A stretch of DNA of 64,000 nt from Phoronis australis (lineage: Eukaryota; Animalia; Phoronida), in the NCBI GenBank assembly GCA_002633005.1, contig NMRA01000077.1:955818-1019817 (forward strand), in the 5' to 3' direction. The notes under the pieces were generated by a model. That model was not told the DNA's origin. It searched no databases and saw only the letters and a list, made by a program, of their open reading frames with translations. The translations under genes and the position numbers were made by a program. Shown piece after piece: positions 1 to 13,365 of the stretch. Every line of letters starts with the position of its first letter. Position 1 is the stretch's first letter.

Positions 1-257
1 CGTAGTTACTGCTGTGCAACTAAAACAGGGACACAGCAAACCTCAAAAGGTCTCTCTAATCCCACCTCTGTGCCTGCGGCAGCAGTGGATAGCTGTAGTG
101 TGAGTGCTCCTTCGACAGACCCTCAAATGACTTTATTTATTAGCTCAGTTAATAACCTGTGCAACTTGCTTCAGACGCGTTTTGAGCAAGAACGACGTTA
201 GCATTGTGTTGAAAGTTTTTATGATGAAATTTTGAGGATAACTGCCTTGTTGACCTG

Positions 258-1967
258 GGCCCGGTCGCCAATCTCCGTACTCAGACTCGAATCATGCTCA
301 AACTCACACTTCATACTCAACTCGAGTACAGACTCAGCTTTGGTGTATTCAGTGTCATACTCAAAAAATCTGTACTCGAAATTTTGAACACGTATTCAAT
401 TTTCGAGTATACTCGAAATGAATGTATTTCATCTGTATTTCGAGTACGATTTTGAGTAAAAATTCCAAGTACATGCTTCAAATTTCAAGTTTGGTTTGGC
501 AGTGCTTGAAATCGTACTAAAAAATAAATACAGCGGAGGTGAGACACAGACAAATTATTCCACAAGCAAAAGAAGAAAATATCGAAAAACCACGGAGAGA
601 CACAGCAAATGTTTGGCAAATTTAAGTCATCATACCATATTTCTGCACTTGAGACGGTAGTTTTCATTTTAAATCTTCTTCATCTGAACCCGTCGTATCA
701 AAGCACTTCATTGCCGCCAATTTGAAACTCCTTACTACGATTCCTGACAACTGGCGAACTCTAATCCCATGTCGACGAGTCATTACAAGTGTCAAAATCA
801 GCTTTGGGGAGGGGGTTGCCCTGATTGCAGTGCGTGTGCAATGGTTTCGCTTTCCTTAAGACGACGAAGAAAGAAAAAAACAGTTTGCTTCCCTGTCAGG
901 TACATTTCGCATCATAGTTTAGTTGTAGATAATTCCTCAGTCCCCGAATGATATGCCAGTTTTTTGCCGATTTATAAGTAGACGTCTTGTCCCATTCACT
1001 GATGAACTCTAAATGCCTGTACATGTAGTGTTTTTAACTCACACACCAAATGCCAGCTAACTTGATACATCCCAGTAAAATGAAAAGATAAAGTATCAAA
1101 GTTTTTACATCAGCATAGACCTACATGGCAATGGGTTCTATGTACAGACTAAATTAGCAAGAGAGAACAGGGGTTTACCAGGAACCATGACAACTGCGGC
1201 CCAAAAATGTCGATTGGAGTTTCAGGCTGACGTGGACAACCGTCCGACTAGAGATGAATGCCACCGCTGGCAATTAAGGTACAATTTGACCTGCCATCAA
1301 AGAAAATGTGCAGTTCGAACTCTCCTTTAAAAATGTTGGTTGCAGGCCTGTGAATTGGTACCAGACCCCGGGCCTGGGGTCACCGGCCTACCATTGCATA
1401 TGTCACTGAGAAAGAAAATTTCAATAGTTGGTGTGACCATGCCAATTCTAGGAGTAAATGTGTCAAGTGTAGGGGAGAATGAACTCATTTTCAGACAGAG
1501 ATTGTGGCTGCTCTGCTCTGGCCGACTGACTTTCTTTGATGTGATAAGCTGTTACAAATTTCTTAAGACATTTTCAGGAGATGAGGAACTTGAGAAGTAA
1601 AGCTTATCAGATAAGAAATGGTATAAGAATATTGCATTGAAACTGAATAAATGAATAACAGTTACAGAACACTCAGCATTCTACGTTCTACTCTTGTAGT
1701 GGTAGCGACAGCTGACGATAATGTAGTTGCTAGGGTAGTCTATGCAAATAGGAGCGATGAATCAGCCTGACTTTGCATGGATTTGCATTTCACGTCATAA
1801 AGAGTTCCATAGCAACTCGAGTAGGAGTCTCAGATTTAAGTGCGTTAATTGGAGTCTACTCGAAATGTGACATTAGATACGCTTTTTTTGAGTACGACTC
1901 CAGTGAGCACGATTTTGAGCATGAAAGCTTGAATATGAGTCTGAGTACGGAGATTGGAGACCGGGTC
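258..1967. mobile_element. Non-autonomous TIR DNA transposon, PIF/Harbinger-like
   Basis: About 31-bp TIRs, GGCCCGGTCGCCAATCTCCGTACTCAGACTC versus the reverse complement GACCCGGTCTCCAATCTCCGTACTCAGACTC; subterminal TACTC repeats; no intact ORF. Confidence 0.65.
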
Positions 1968-3345
1968 AAATGGCATGGTAACTTGCCTTTTCGTGCCATA
2001 TTGCGTCACCATGAGAAAACAACCAACACTGAACGGCTGATAGCTGTAGTTTCCGTTATATTTGGGCAGATTGAGTTTTTTGGCAGTCATCCACTGGTTG
2101 TGAAGTTTATGAGAGAAATGGTATTTCAACTGAGACCTCCTGGAATCACTGAAGTACACTCGTATATGGGATGTTAACCTGGTGTTGAATTATTTGAGAA
2201 GTTTGTCTCCTGTAGCATCATGAACTTTTAAAAGATTTAACATTGGAAGCTTTGTTGTATGCACAGAGATATCAGATTATTCAGTTGTTGGATATTGATG
2301 ATATGGTGAAAGACAAGTCTGGTTATAAGTTTATTATTCGTTCACATGTAAAACAGGGTAGACTGGGAATGCCTCCTGTTGTTGGAACTTAGAAAGTTTA
2401 ACCTCCAAACACCAGGCTATATGTTTTTACTGTGGTTAAGGAATATTTGAATCGCACGTCTGACTAGGGATCCAGTCACGATTGTTGATTAGCTATGTGA
2501 GGCCTTATCATGCATTGAGTATAGACACGGTGAGGCATTGGATTAAGCTTGTCAAGTGTAGGACAGGTATATACTTCACGGTTTGCTGCTCGTAGTACCA
2601 GTGTGTCAGCTGCTAAGCAGTATTCAGTGCCACTTTCTACAATTATAGCCACAGTTGGATGGTCATATGCATCTGATGATTATGCCTCTATGTTGCTGAA
2701 TGATACGTCTGATGATTATGCCTCTATGTTGCTGAATGATACGTCTGATGATTATGCCTCTGTGTTGCTGAATGATACGTCTGATGATTTTGCCTCTATG
2801 GTGCTGAATGATACGTCTGATGATTTTGCCTCTATGTTGCTGAATGATGCGTCTGATGATTATGCCTCTATGTTGCTGAATGATACGTCTGATGATTTTG
2901 CCTCTATGTTGCTGAATGTGGCCAAGAATGAATGATATTTGATTTGGAACATTTATTATTGTTTCTGAATATGCATATCAGTTGCTTTAAAGTCTCCTGG
3001 AACCCTATTATGCGTATTCCTAAGCAGAATTTTGAAATTAAACAAAACTTCACTAAGTTGAAGTTTGATTTTAATTCTGCGCAGGAATATTAGCATAATA
3101 GAGGTTACATGCTGGCCTCATAGGTTTCCCTCCCATGTTGATGAGATGTTTGTTTGAGTTGGGATATGTATTTTGATTGTGGTGTTGAGCTGTTTGCAAC
3201 ATTATTTTTGATCTTATTATCCATATTCAACTTTAAAGAATGGTTCAGTCATGCGCAGTGCACTCTCTCATGTAACCTCTGTTATGCTAATATTTCTACG
3301 CAGAATTACAATCAAGGTGAAGTTTCGTATTAATTTCAAAATTCT
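1968..3345 (+). mobile_element. Decayed DIRS-type (tyrosine recombinase) retrotransposon 3' part
   Basis: Fragments GSHPLVVKFMR..VFQLRPP and STSVSAAK..VPLSTIIATVGWS resemble the DIRS YR; inverted/complementary terminal segments at 3026-3111 versus 3269-3345. Confidence 0.7.
2672..2917. repeat. 36-bp minisatellite, about 7 copies
   Basis: Unit TCTGATGATTATGCCTCTATGTTGCTGAATGATACG. Confidence 0.95.
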
Positions 3346-5819
3346 ATGATGGCAGAGCAGTTTTATAGTAGCTTAATGAGATTAATTGAGAAGAAATCAA
3401 GAGTAAACAATTAGACGAGATTGATTTTCTGATCATTTTCTGTTGAAGAATATCTCCTTCGAATTTCATTACTTAAGAATTTAGATATAGTTCCTCGAAG
3501 TGTCTTCTCAACTTACATTAAAAACATTTTCGCATACTTTGAAGCACAAGCACACTACCCTTACGGTGAAGACCCACCAATTTAGAACATAATATGGCCA
3601 ACAGAAAATTTTGTTTTCTCAGTTTTTTCATAGAAAATGTATAATATCTTAAAATTAATACTTTACAATGTTCAAGTTTTTGTGATGTCTACTATCACAG
3701 AAAATATTGAAAACATCAGAGCACTCACCGCTTATGCAAAGAGACAGTGAAAATTCAGAAAAGAGCAATTATGGTAATATTTTTTGTCTGAAATTGAAGA
3801 AATTCTACCGTAAATATTTGCTTACAGACTGGAAGTTTTGCACCAGTGGACAGAGAAGTGGCCACTATCATCAAGTCCTCTCGGTTTGCTGACAAATTTG
3901 AAGTGCAGCCAGCGAAGGAAATGACATGCTGTGCAACAAATGAGGTACGGTACTGTATATGAGATGAGTTGACAAGACGACATATCAGTACTTGCCTTAT
4001 GGCCGTTATCAATAAAAAAAGTATTGTGTTTAGACAGAGAATCCATAGTCATTCCTTCTGTGGTGGGCGCTGGGTGAATTGAAACTTTCTTAGGTTCAAT
4101 TATGTAACACAGATGAAAATTCACATTTCATTTAATTTACTAACACCATATGTTAACTGGGCCATGCCATTCTTATTTTCAGGAGCTGGATCCGTTTGAA
4201 TACCTGAAGAACAACTCTGTTCCAACTTCACAATGTGTCATAAAATCGTGCTCTTGAATAGCTTACAATGCCATGATGATAATTGTTAAGTAACTTTATT
4301 CATCTCCAGTGAGAGAAGGCCAGCATAGACCTTGGGTATTCCATTTTGCTGTTTTTCTTGTCTGGTGGAAAGTGATGAAAGATAAGATCATGTACTCCTG
4401 TGGTACCATCTTGTCTGACATCTAAATCATAATGATCACATTTGTCTGCTACCTAGCTTAGCTTTGTTTTTGGTTCATAAATGAATACATAAATAACTTT
4501 AGATCGGTCTATAAACCATTAAAACATTACACTAGCATTTGCCCTAACTAAATTGTCTTGCATCCCCGAGAGTGACACTTCATTGGTGATAGGAACAAAG
4601 TTAACCCTACGCGACAAGCAACTTTCAGATTTCCTATTAAAATGGGACTTGTCTCAGGTTTATGAAATGGGCAATACCTCTTGGAAATTTCGTCAAAATC
4701 CCAAGGATTTGTTTTCTCGCATGAAATGAAAAACGATCTGCTGAAAAACTTGATGTATAAAACTTTAACCACACAGCGCAACATTTGTAAAACCATGCTT
4801 GCGCAATGTTATGTAACCTCATTTACTTTTTGTTAATTTTTTTAGCTAAACAATTGTAAATTGCATTTAGCTTTTGTAACAAATGTTCAAGTTAGACTCT
4901 AATAAATACTCTTTGAAGTTGTAATATTAAAACTTAGCAAATGTTTATAAATAACACAGTCATCAGGACTTACCCACATGTGACCACTGAATTGACCTTG
5001 AAACAGCACAGCTAGACAGTCTGACTGCGTAGTTTCTTGAGTTGGGGTTCATCTCCATTAGAATGAATGTGTATATTGAATTCGTCGCTGAAGATGGGTC
5101 TGTTTAAGTTAGCTGCATGTCCTTCCAACTGGGAGTTCATACAGTTGCAACACTGATTTGTCAATTATAACCTTGTCACATTCACGGAATTCCGGCATTG
5201 TTTGTTTGTTGGTATTAGTGTTTTGCAGACAATAAACTGTAAGGCATGTGGATTTCAACTTTGCACTACTTTGTGATTGGTCCATGTAATATCAAAAAAT
5301 TACGTATTCGGTTTTATTAACCAGTTTGTTGTAACACATTCCAGTTCATGTGAGAATTATGTATTAGTTCTTCCTACGCCTAGGAATCGTATAAAATGTG
5401 CTTGGTCTGACGCAGTAATTACCTGCCAGTTTTTCACAAGTCTAGAAATCGTATAAAGGCTGAGTAAGCAATGACGAGACCAATTTTGCAACAGTGAGCG
5501 GCCTAATTCAACAGTTGGTTTTTTACAGGTGTGGGTTTATTGGGTCATGAGATCAAATACAAACATTTAAACAGTCAAAATGAGTCATAGAAGACTTGCC
5601 CATCAATACAAGCAAAATGACAGAAATGGGCTGTTTGACATCCTTAACGTAATGTTCAGTGTGCGTTGCCTGCCGTTACTCTGCTCATGGTATAACTGAC
5701 TTGATTCAGTGAATGCTCATTTTATTATTTTGGTGACTAAACACGCACTGAGTATAAATGCAAGAATTCAAAGCATGGTTTTCATGTGGGGACTGAAATG
5801 TTTTACCAACATTGTAAAA

Positions 5820-6458
5820 AGAGTGTTGAAATGCACCCGAAACTGCATTGCAAATGGCAAGCTTCCGAGGGTGTTAATTAGTATCATAAAATGGCCACCA
5901 GATGGTGCAGAATATGTCAAGCCTGTTTGAAAATGGGAATGCAGTGTCATTCCCCTAACAAGAAATTATTTGCCCATTTGATAAAAAATCCATTGAGGCC
6001 AACGAAAAAATCACACTCCATTAGGAGGCAAAGCGATCTGTTGTCAAGTTAATGGGAATAAACTTGCCAAATTTCACAAAGATCCTATAAAGGTTTGGGA
6101 GATACTGACGCAGATGCAAAAATGCCACTAGGGGACACCACAGATGTTTAAAATCAACCTCTAATGCAAAAAAAAATTGTCACTAGGGGTGCCACAGTAG
6201 TTACACCCGTCCAAAAATCAACATCGGTTGTGGTTGTCTCGTCAGGAGTATCTCCGGTTTTACGGTTAGAGAGGCGGACACCAGAAAATGGATTCGATGA
6301 CAATAGAAGACAAAGACGTAAACATAAATTTCCCGCTGGGGGGAACAGTGGCTGTTGGATTGGTCTAAAACTTGTCTATCGTCAGCTTCACAGGAACATA
6401 TCTGCCAAATCCTGCAGGCAATATGCACCCCCATATGTATATGTGGGCGTATACAAAA
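5820..6458 (+). mobile_element. Degenerate copy of the Helentron/HINE-like dispersed repeat
   Basis: Shares GTTGAAATGCACCC, CCACTAGGGG modules and the ATATGTGGGCGTATA end with the copy at 49684. Confidence 0.65.
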
Positions 6459-6886
6459 TATGCCATTCAGAATTGAATTTAAGACACAGCCAGTTTTCCA
6501 AAACTGTGTTTTTTAAAACAAGTACAGTTTCTGTCACACACAAACAACTTTATCAGCTCCTTCTACAATCAGTCGACTCCCCAAATACCATAACTCTGTC
6601 AATCCACACAAAATATGTCCATAAATGAAAAAATGGTGATAAAAGTTACATCATTGCTTCAATGACAAGTCATTCACCACATTTCCAAACGAAACTTATC
6701 GTAGGTCATCTTTTTTCTTGTAAACAAGTGTCACTGTTAAGCCCATCCAATCTAGTTTCATAATAGGATAGTTTTTGATTCTGTATAAGTTTTGTTGAAT
6801 GCACGTCCAAAACGTAAAACTGTTGACAATGTTGAAGCTCTCGTCGACCGTGTTTTCCCCATCAGTAACCAAGTGTCACAAATCAG

Positions 6887-6928
6887 TTATGTCAATCCAA
6901 ATCTTTCTGCTCTTTTCTGTTTCTTTGC
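6887..6928 (-). CDS. SARNP: SARNP last coding exon (AKKQKRAERFGLT*)
   Basis: tttcag acceptor; terminal KRAERFG followed by TAA, as in SARNP C-termini. Total CDS 693 nt. Confidence 0.9.
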   Translation of the reverse strand, partial: AKKQKRAERFGLT

Positions 6929-9921
6929 CTGAAATTAAAGGAAAATATTTTTCAGTTTAAGTGACAAATAATGAAAGTGTGTCAATACATTACTATTCAT
7001 ACCTGACACTGACCTAAATACCACCTCAGAGAATACGGTGCCATTGTCATTTGTCTGTGTAAGGAATGGTACATACTGGCCATTTCAAATTGTACAATCA
7101 TTTTTGCAAAGTGGGTCTACTGGTCCCCAGTGGTTGGAAGTGTACGACAAACACTGCCTATACAAGATGCAAATTAGGCACTCCAAGATCTACTACAACT
7201 ATCCTCACCTCAACTTCGCTGGAAGTGGTGACGTTAAATCGCTGTTTTCTATTTTGGGCTTTGTCAGATGCAGACTGCAATGAAGAATAAGGAATGCTGA
7301 GCAACAATGGGGTAGCATACACATTAAACGAATGTGTGAAACATGGAGTATAAAGATTAACTTGCCTGATGCCAAAATCACAAAGATGACCAGCCAGTGA
7401 GGAGAAACAAATTAATTATTAATTACATAACTTAATTAAAGAAGAATACTACCTGCAACTACTTTATATCAGAAATCTATTTATCTACACAATGAAATTT
7501 GCAAGAAAACGAACTTGTCCTCGTTAATTTTCAAATTTTTAAAGTGACATAAGACATTTGATATTTAGCAATCTATAAAAAAGATAATATGCAAAACTGA
7601 TTAAACACACGACACTTTTCGAAACCAACAGTCTCTATTCCTTCTGTTTAATCAATTTTGCATATCAGAAAACTTACTTCCAAAGTACAGCAAATGAATA
7701 CAGAATAAAATTTACGAGTGAAAAGAAATTTTAAATTTGACAAAAGTTTAATCAAGTGGCCGCTTACATTGTTGACTGCATTGCTTTTAGAAAAAGTCTA
7801 TAAAGTCCATTTCCCACTAATTTGCCAATTTCTCCTAAGGGAGTGTTTATATATTACAAAGAGCAGGAAGTTTGACTAACGATAAGGGGAGGGGAGTTAC
7901 ACTCATGGTGATGTCATCCTGTGGTTTATTAGAATATCTCCATCACAATACATGTTGTTGGGAAAGTGGTTCTTCTTCAAGTGGAACTGACTTGATCCAA
8001 AACTGGGACCTTCCGTTCCAGCCAAGCATTGATCATATTTTACAAGGCTTGCCAAACGACAGCCCCACTCCATCACTGTCCAAACCCATCACTGACAACA
8101 GCCGTACTCCCAAAAGTTGGGTCACATTAAACACGGGAGTAACGCCACCGAGTTTCAAAGCAGAATTTGTACCAAATGGAATGCATGTTGCCCTACCCTT
8201 AAAGCAATTCAACTTCACACGGCCATTTGTACAGGCAGGAGAGCAACTGTGAGGAGCCGTGGTTGGACATTGGCGACAGTCCCAACCACCAGACAACATA
8301 TTCGCATAACTGAACCATTTGTTTTGTTCAAATGGAAATAAAAAGTGACAATTGACTTTATTTCATTGCTGAATACAACAGTGGCAAACGAAACTTGGTT
8401 CTTCCAAAAACAGGGATAGAAGGTTGTCTACGATAACGTAATCAGAAGCTGGATTGAGGAGAGGGATTACATCATGATGGGTGTTGGCTGTGGGGAGGGA
8501 GTAAAAAATAGCAAATTTTGGATACCATAGTAAACAAGATTGGTGCACTAGATGCCTGTTTTGCCAAATTTCATGAAGATGCAAAGGGAAACAAAAAAAA
8601 TGAAATTACCACAAAGGTGCACTTTAGCACTGCTCTCTGACGTAGCGCAAATTTACACAATGCCATAAATAATGTCTTGCTGTGTAACGTTTCCAATGAC
8701 TTCAAGCACCGCTTAAGTTATTTTAGTTTCGTTTCTTAGTTTGACAGCATGCCTTTACCATTTTGGAAATAAACTGAGAAGCAAAATACAAGGGATGGAC
8801 ACGATGGTGTACCTTGAGAGGTCCATCCCTGTCTTCATCACGACAAGGTTCCTGACAAGGATGCCAAAAACGACCAGGGAGCACCACAAAGATGAGAACC
8901 CAAAGTAAGCCAATATAAATAGAGGTATTTTGCACCACCACGATGGCAATCACGCTCAAACCGTGCATTGCTTAGCAAGCTATTCAGTCTTTGTTTACAA
9001 GCCTTTGTGCAGCTTTTCAAAAAATACCTTGAGTGAAATTGATTTGGGCGGGCACTTCTTTAGAGTGAGTGTGGGTCTCATAATGAGTCGGGGTACACAC
9101 CAGAACCAACTAGGCTTTTTGGTCTAATCTGAGTTATGTACAGTTAGAGACCAGTAATGCAACCGCCTAATCCATAAGTTATGATCGTTCGTTGTATTGA
9201 AAATCATAGAAGTGTATTCTATCAAACTGCACCACAACAGCACTTATACAGCACAAGTCCCCAGTCAAGAGTACTGTACAACTCTCTTAAAGCTATTCCA
9301 CAAGACTCCAGCCAACTGTATCACACACCTCTCTTGTAATGTTACAACCAACATTAATGTACATCTAACTTATAATGTTCTATTCCAAGTTTCATGTTTA
9401 AGACGGTGTTTGTTGCATTGCAAACTTAGGCAACTGGTTATCCAACAACTGAATAACTGTAATTAGTCTGACTGTTTAAAGTTGATGAGGTGTGGTCACG
9501 AGTCTTCCCTTAAAAAGTTAGCAATCTTTACAAAGACAGCATTCCATATCAGAAATGTTCTATAGTCTTGTGCATCACATTTGTTTGTTTGCTTGTTGTG
9601 TAATGTACTATTGGCCATGTTTGTACATATTCTATACATGGACACAGACATGCAGACACACACAGACCGACACACACAGACAGACCCAGACACGACACAC
9701 GCACATACACCACACACAAACACGCACGCGAACGCACACACACTTTGGTAACAATGGATGTTGAAAGAGCAATGAGGTTCATTGTGATGTTGTTTGACTG
9801 TGTTGAAATTAAAACATACAGTAGCGGTATTTGAGTGAAAACCTTGTGCTTAAATGCACGTATAAATCTGAAAAGTATGGGCCCAGTTCGGCTCAAAAGT
9901 TGATCAATTGCAAGGCATGCT

Positions 9922-10025
9922 TCAAGTAACCTTGAGTTAGACTCACATTCAGTGGAGTAGTAGTACTAACAACTCAAGTAACCTTGAGTTAGACTCACAT
10001 TCAGTGGAGTAGTAGTAGTAACAAC
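9922..10025. repeat. 52-bp tandem duplication spanning the SARNP exon 7 donor
   Basis: TCAAGTAACCTTGAGTTAGACTCACATTCAGTGGAGTAGTAGTA(C/G)TAACAAC occurs twice. Confidence 0.9.
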
Positions 10026-10070
10026 TCCAAACCGCTCCATTCGTCGCTTCATTTTATCTGTTAAAGGTGG
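9999..10070 (-). CDS. SARNP: SARNP exon 7 (PPLTDKMKRRMERFGVVTTTTPLN)
   Basis: ttgcag acceptor, GTGAGT donor, RMERFG motif. Confidence 0.88.
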
Positions 10071-10661
10071 CTGCAAACAGATGATTGAAATCAGTCAGAG
10101 AAACTAATGCAATACAACAGTTATTGGCCATCAGAACATTTATGGGTCACGCACAGGTCTATGATACTAACGCATAAGGAAAATTTGTAGTCCTCTATTT
10201 TCTTGCTTTTGAAAAATTGAATTCAGTATTGTGTGCGACTGGTAAAAGTTGGCACATGATATTCAATGGTACTGTAATTTCAATTCAAGGCTTTAATCCC
10301 CAGCAACAAAATTTGCATCAACACTGTTGAACTTGGAACAGTGACACCACGCTAAAAAGATATTGAAAAACAAATATCTGTACTCTAATTACATGTATTC
10401 AAACATGGTACTGTGCCATTTTCAGAAAGTTCTGGCTCATATTTGCAAAGTTATAATCGTGTCTAAAATCTTGAGTCCTATCTGCATAGCCCGAGAATTT
10501 TCTACTTTTACAAGAAAATTGACTGCACAATGATCCTTGCTTTTCATTATTTTGTAGTAAAAATAATAATGACACGCTAAGCAAGTAAGAATAAATCAAT
10601 GTTCTACGAATTAACAGAGGAAGCAAAATATTTAAGCTCTGGTTGGATTTTTGCTCAGGCA

Positions 10662-10778
10662 AGACCCCGAATACTGCAATACCCCGAATACTGTAAAATC
10701 AAATCGAATCAAGACCCCAAATACTGTAAAATCAAATCGAATCAAGACCCCGAATACTGTAAAATCAAATCGAATCAA
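10662..10778. repeat. 33-bp tandem repeat, about 3 copies
   Basis: Unit AGACCCCGAATACTGTAAAATCAAATCGAATCA. Confidence 0.85.
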
Positions 10779-10830
10779 ATAAAACACTGAAAACATTAGT
10801 GATGCCATTTAAATATAAGTTTCAACTTAC

Positions 10831-10885
10831 GGATGTTTTGGCGATGGTAGTTATGTCTGCTTTCCCACTGTGTGCAATACCAAAC
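10831..10885 (-). CDS. SARNP: SARNP exon 6 (FGIAHSGKADITTIAKTS)
   Basis: Phase-2 acceptor completes RAER-FG across the junction; GTAAGT donor. Confidence 0.88.
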
Positions 10886-11807
10886 CTACAAAATTCCATC
10901 CGTGCAAATACAAACTGTAGAAGTGAAAGTCATGCACCAGATTAAGAAATCCGTTTTGGTCACTAGTGGTTCATTTTACTTATAGTCTCTACACCCAGTC
11001 AAGTTTAAATCCTATAAAAACAGTCCCATTTTTAATCACACACTCATGACTAATGCGAACATCTGACAACACTGTAGTTCAGTGGTTTGGGAACCAGACT
11101 CCATGAAGGAGACTTGGATTTCAAATCCTGGCATTGACGGAAGATAGCTGTACACAGACATATCTCCTATTACCCAGACCTAGATCTTAGTACTGAATGT
11201 ATGTGGCAGTGAATGAGAAACCTGGAAACATAGTGACCACTCAAACAAAATATATAACATAGTGACCACTCAAACAAAATCTATAACATCCAACTGCTTT
11301 AAAGGGAATATCTGGTCTATTTGACACATTCTGAAATGTACTTCAAATCATTTTAGTCAATTGTAACAAAATAATGTTATCAATTCTTGAAAACTTAAAA
11401 GTGCTTAAAATCACCAATTTCATGACAAACACCAAAAAACAACCCCGCCACCCAATCAGCGGTCAAATTAGAACACCTGGAAACACTATATGATGATATA
11501 TTAATAAGCTGATCTCGACTTACGAGCATTTATTGGTCGAAATTTATTATGCAAAATTGGGACAACCAATTGTAGCACAAATCATCCTCCACTGTGTTTC
11601 ATGTGAAAAGTTGTCAGATATTGCTGCTCGTTTTCCCGTGGTTTACGGTATAAAAAAGAATAGCGGGGCGTTGCATTGGTGGTGGTCGAATCAACTCAGT
11701 ATTTAACAATGTTGTGGTTCTTTTCCCTTTCCTGTGAGAAGCGCGGATATGGCTTAAGTTTGTACAAGAAACTCGCGTGTTGGTGGACAGAACACACTGG
11801 CCCTGGG

Positions 11808-12008
11808 TACATTCATGCGTCAAACTCCGTGGAGCTAAGATACATTCATGCGTCAAACTCCGTGGAGCTAAGATACATTCATGCGTCAAACTCTATGGAG
11901 CTAAGATACATTCATGCGTCAAACTCCGTAGAGATAAGATACATTCATGCGTCAAACTCCATGGAGATAAGATACATTCATGCGTCAAACTCCGTGGAGA
12001 TAAGATAC
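11808..12008. repeat. 33-bp minisatellite, 6 copies
   Basis: Unit TACATTCATGCGTCAAACTCCGTGGAGCTAAGA. Confidence 0.95.
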
Positions 12009-12620
12009 TCAACTAAACACTTTTCTTCTATTTTCATGTTTTTGGGATTTTGAATTCATGATTGTGATATGCAGTGCAGGAAAGGTTAATGATGTTAACA
12101 ATGTAGTCACATGTCAAAACAAGGTAAATGGTGGTTTTAAGCACTTTAAAAAGTGTGACGTAGTGAGCAAGTGTGGCTGAATCACAGTGTGTCTGCCCAG
12201 GTAAGTCACTCTTGTATTGGTTCTATTGTTTCTGGCATCACTACTCAAGTCAAGGGGAAACTGTTATATAATGGGACTGGGACTGAAAAAATGAGGCATC
12301 TTGGTCATTAAGCACAATTATAAGAATTGAAAATTAAGGCAACATAGCTTACTTGGACTGGTAGTACATCAACTCTACCAGTTTGAGGAACTGGTATTGA
12401 TGTTAACTTCATTTTAAAACATCGACTGAAAAGGATCAAATAACTTTCAGGGCAACTTAAATGCCACATCGACCAAAAAGGCTTTCCAAAAGGTAACATT
12501 CCCTTTTAAATCTCTTTCAGGACCAACAGTTAATGGAAGGTAACAACAGCCCCTGACATGACACAGATTTTCCAAACCAATGGCCATACAAAAATCTCCA
12601 GCAAAAATTCCGGCAAGTAC

Positions 12621-12805
12621 CGTTCAGCTCTGGCTTTTTTCTTGGCCTCCGGATTATCAATGCTAAATCTCTTTGCTCGCTCCAGCTTCTTCGTAACGTC
12701 ATTCTCCTTGGAGGACACATTTGACAAACCAAACTTCTTAGCTCGCAGCATTTTTTTCTGCTCATCGGATGTGACTCCAAACTTACTCGCTCGAAGCTCC
12801 TGCCT
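12621..12805 (-). CDS. SARNP: SARNP exon 5, repeated RAxxFG motifs
   Basis: RQELRASKFG...RAKKFG...RAKRFS...KKKARAER; AG/GT boundaries; Tho1/SARNP C-terminal repeats. Confidence 0.92.
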
Positions 12806-13365
12806 CTAAGAAACAAAGAGAATGGAGAGTTTGGATGTGACAGTTCATGAATAATATTGCAAGTGTTTAAATTGCTAAATACTCTACAATAGTTGAAACA
12901 CAATAACAAAAAAGAATTAGTTTCTGATTAGAAGCGATTATTAAGCAAAGGAAAACTCAACGCATTTCTGTTCCGGATGATTGCTGACGTGTCATTTTAT
13001 ATGTCAAATATAATCTGCCAGATGTAGGACACTGTCAGCTAGATGGAATTAGAAGCCATAACACTCACTGAACTAGCCAGACTTTACACAGTTGATGGTA
13101 TATATTGTCAACATTCACCACGGAATCAATCATGCTTGTAAGACCATCCCCCTTCTTCAACACCAAATCTGTGCTATTCACAAATGCAAGCACAAAATGC
13201 ATCATTTTTCACTTGCTTAAAAGAGTTCTTGTCAACTACTGAGCCAATATTTTATGAAATATTATTAATCTTATACGCTAACACTTACAGTGCATGAACT
13301 GCCCTTTTACAATAGGGACATTGAAAATTGTGTTTCACTTCAGGATGTTGACTTACGCCACTTAC

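Noticed and set aside
9640-9745. ORFs over a CA-rich tract
   Set aside because: Degenerate (CA)n microsatellite.
11070-11135. tRNA-like sequence with A/B-box remnants
   Set aside because: No cloverleaf can be formed; at most a decayed tRNA-derived SINE head.
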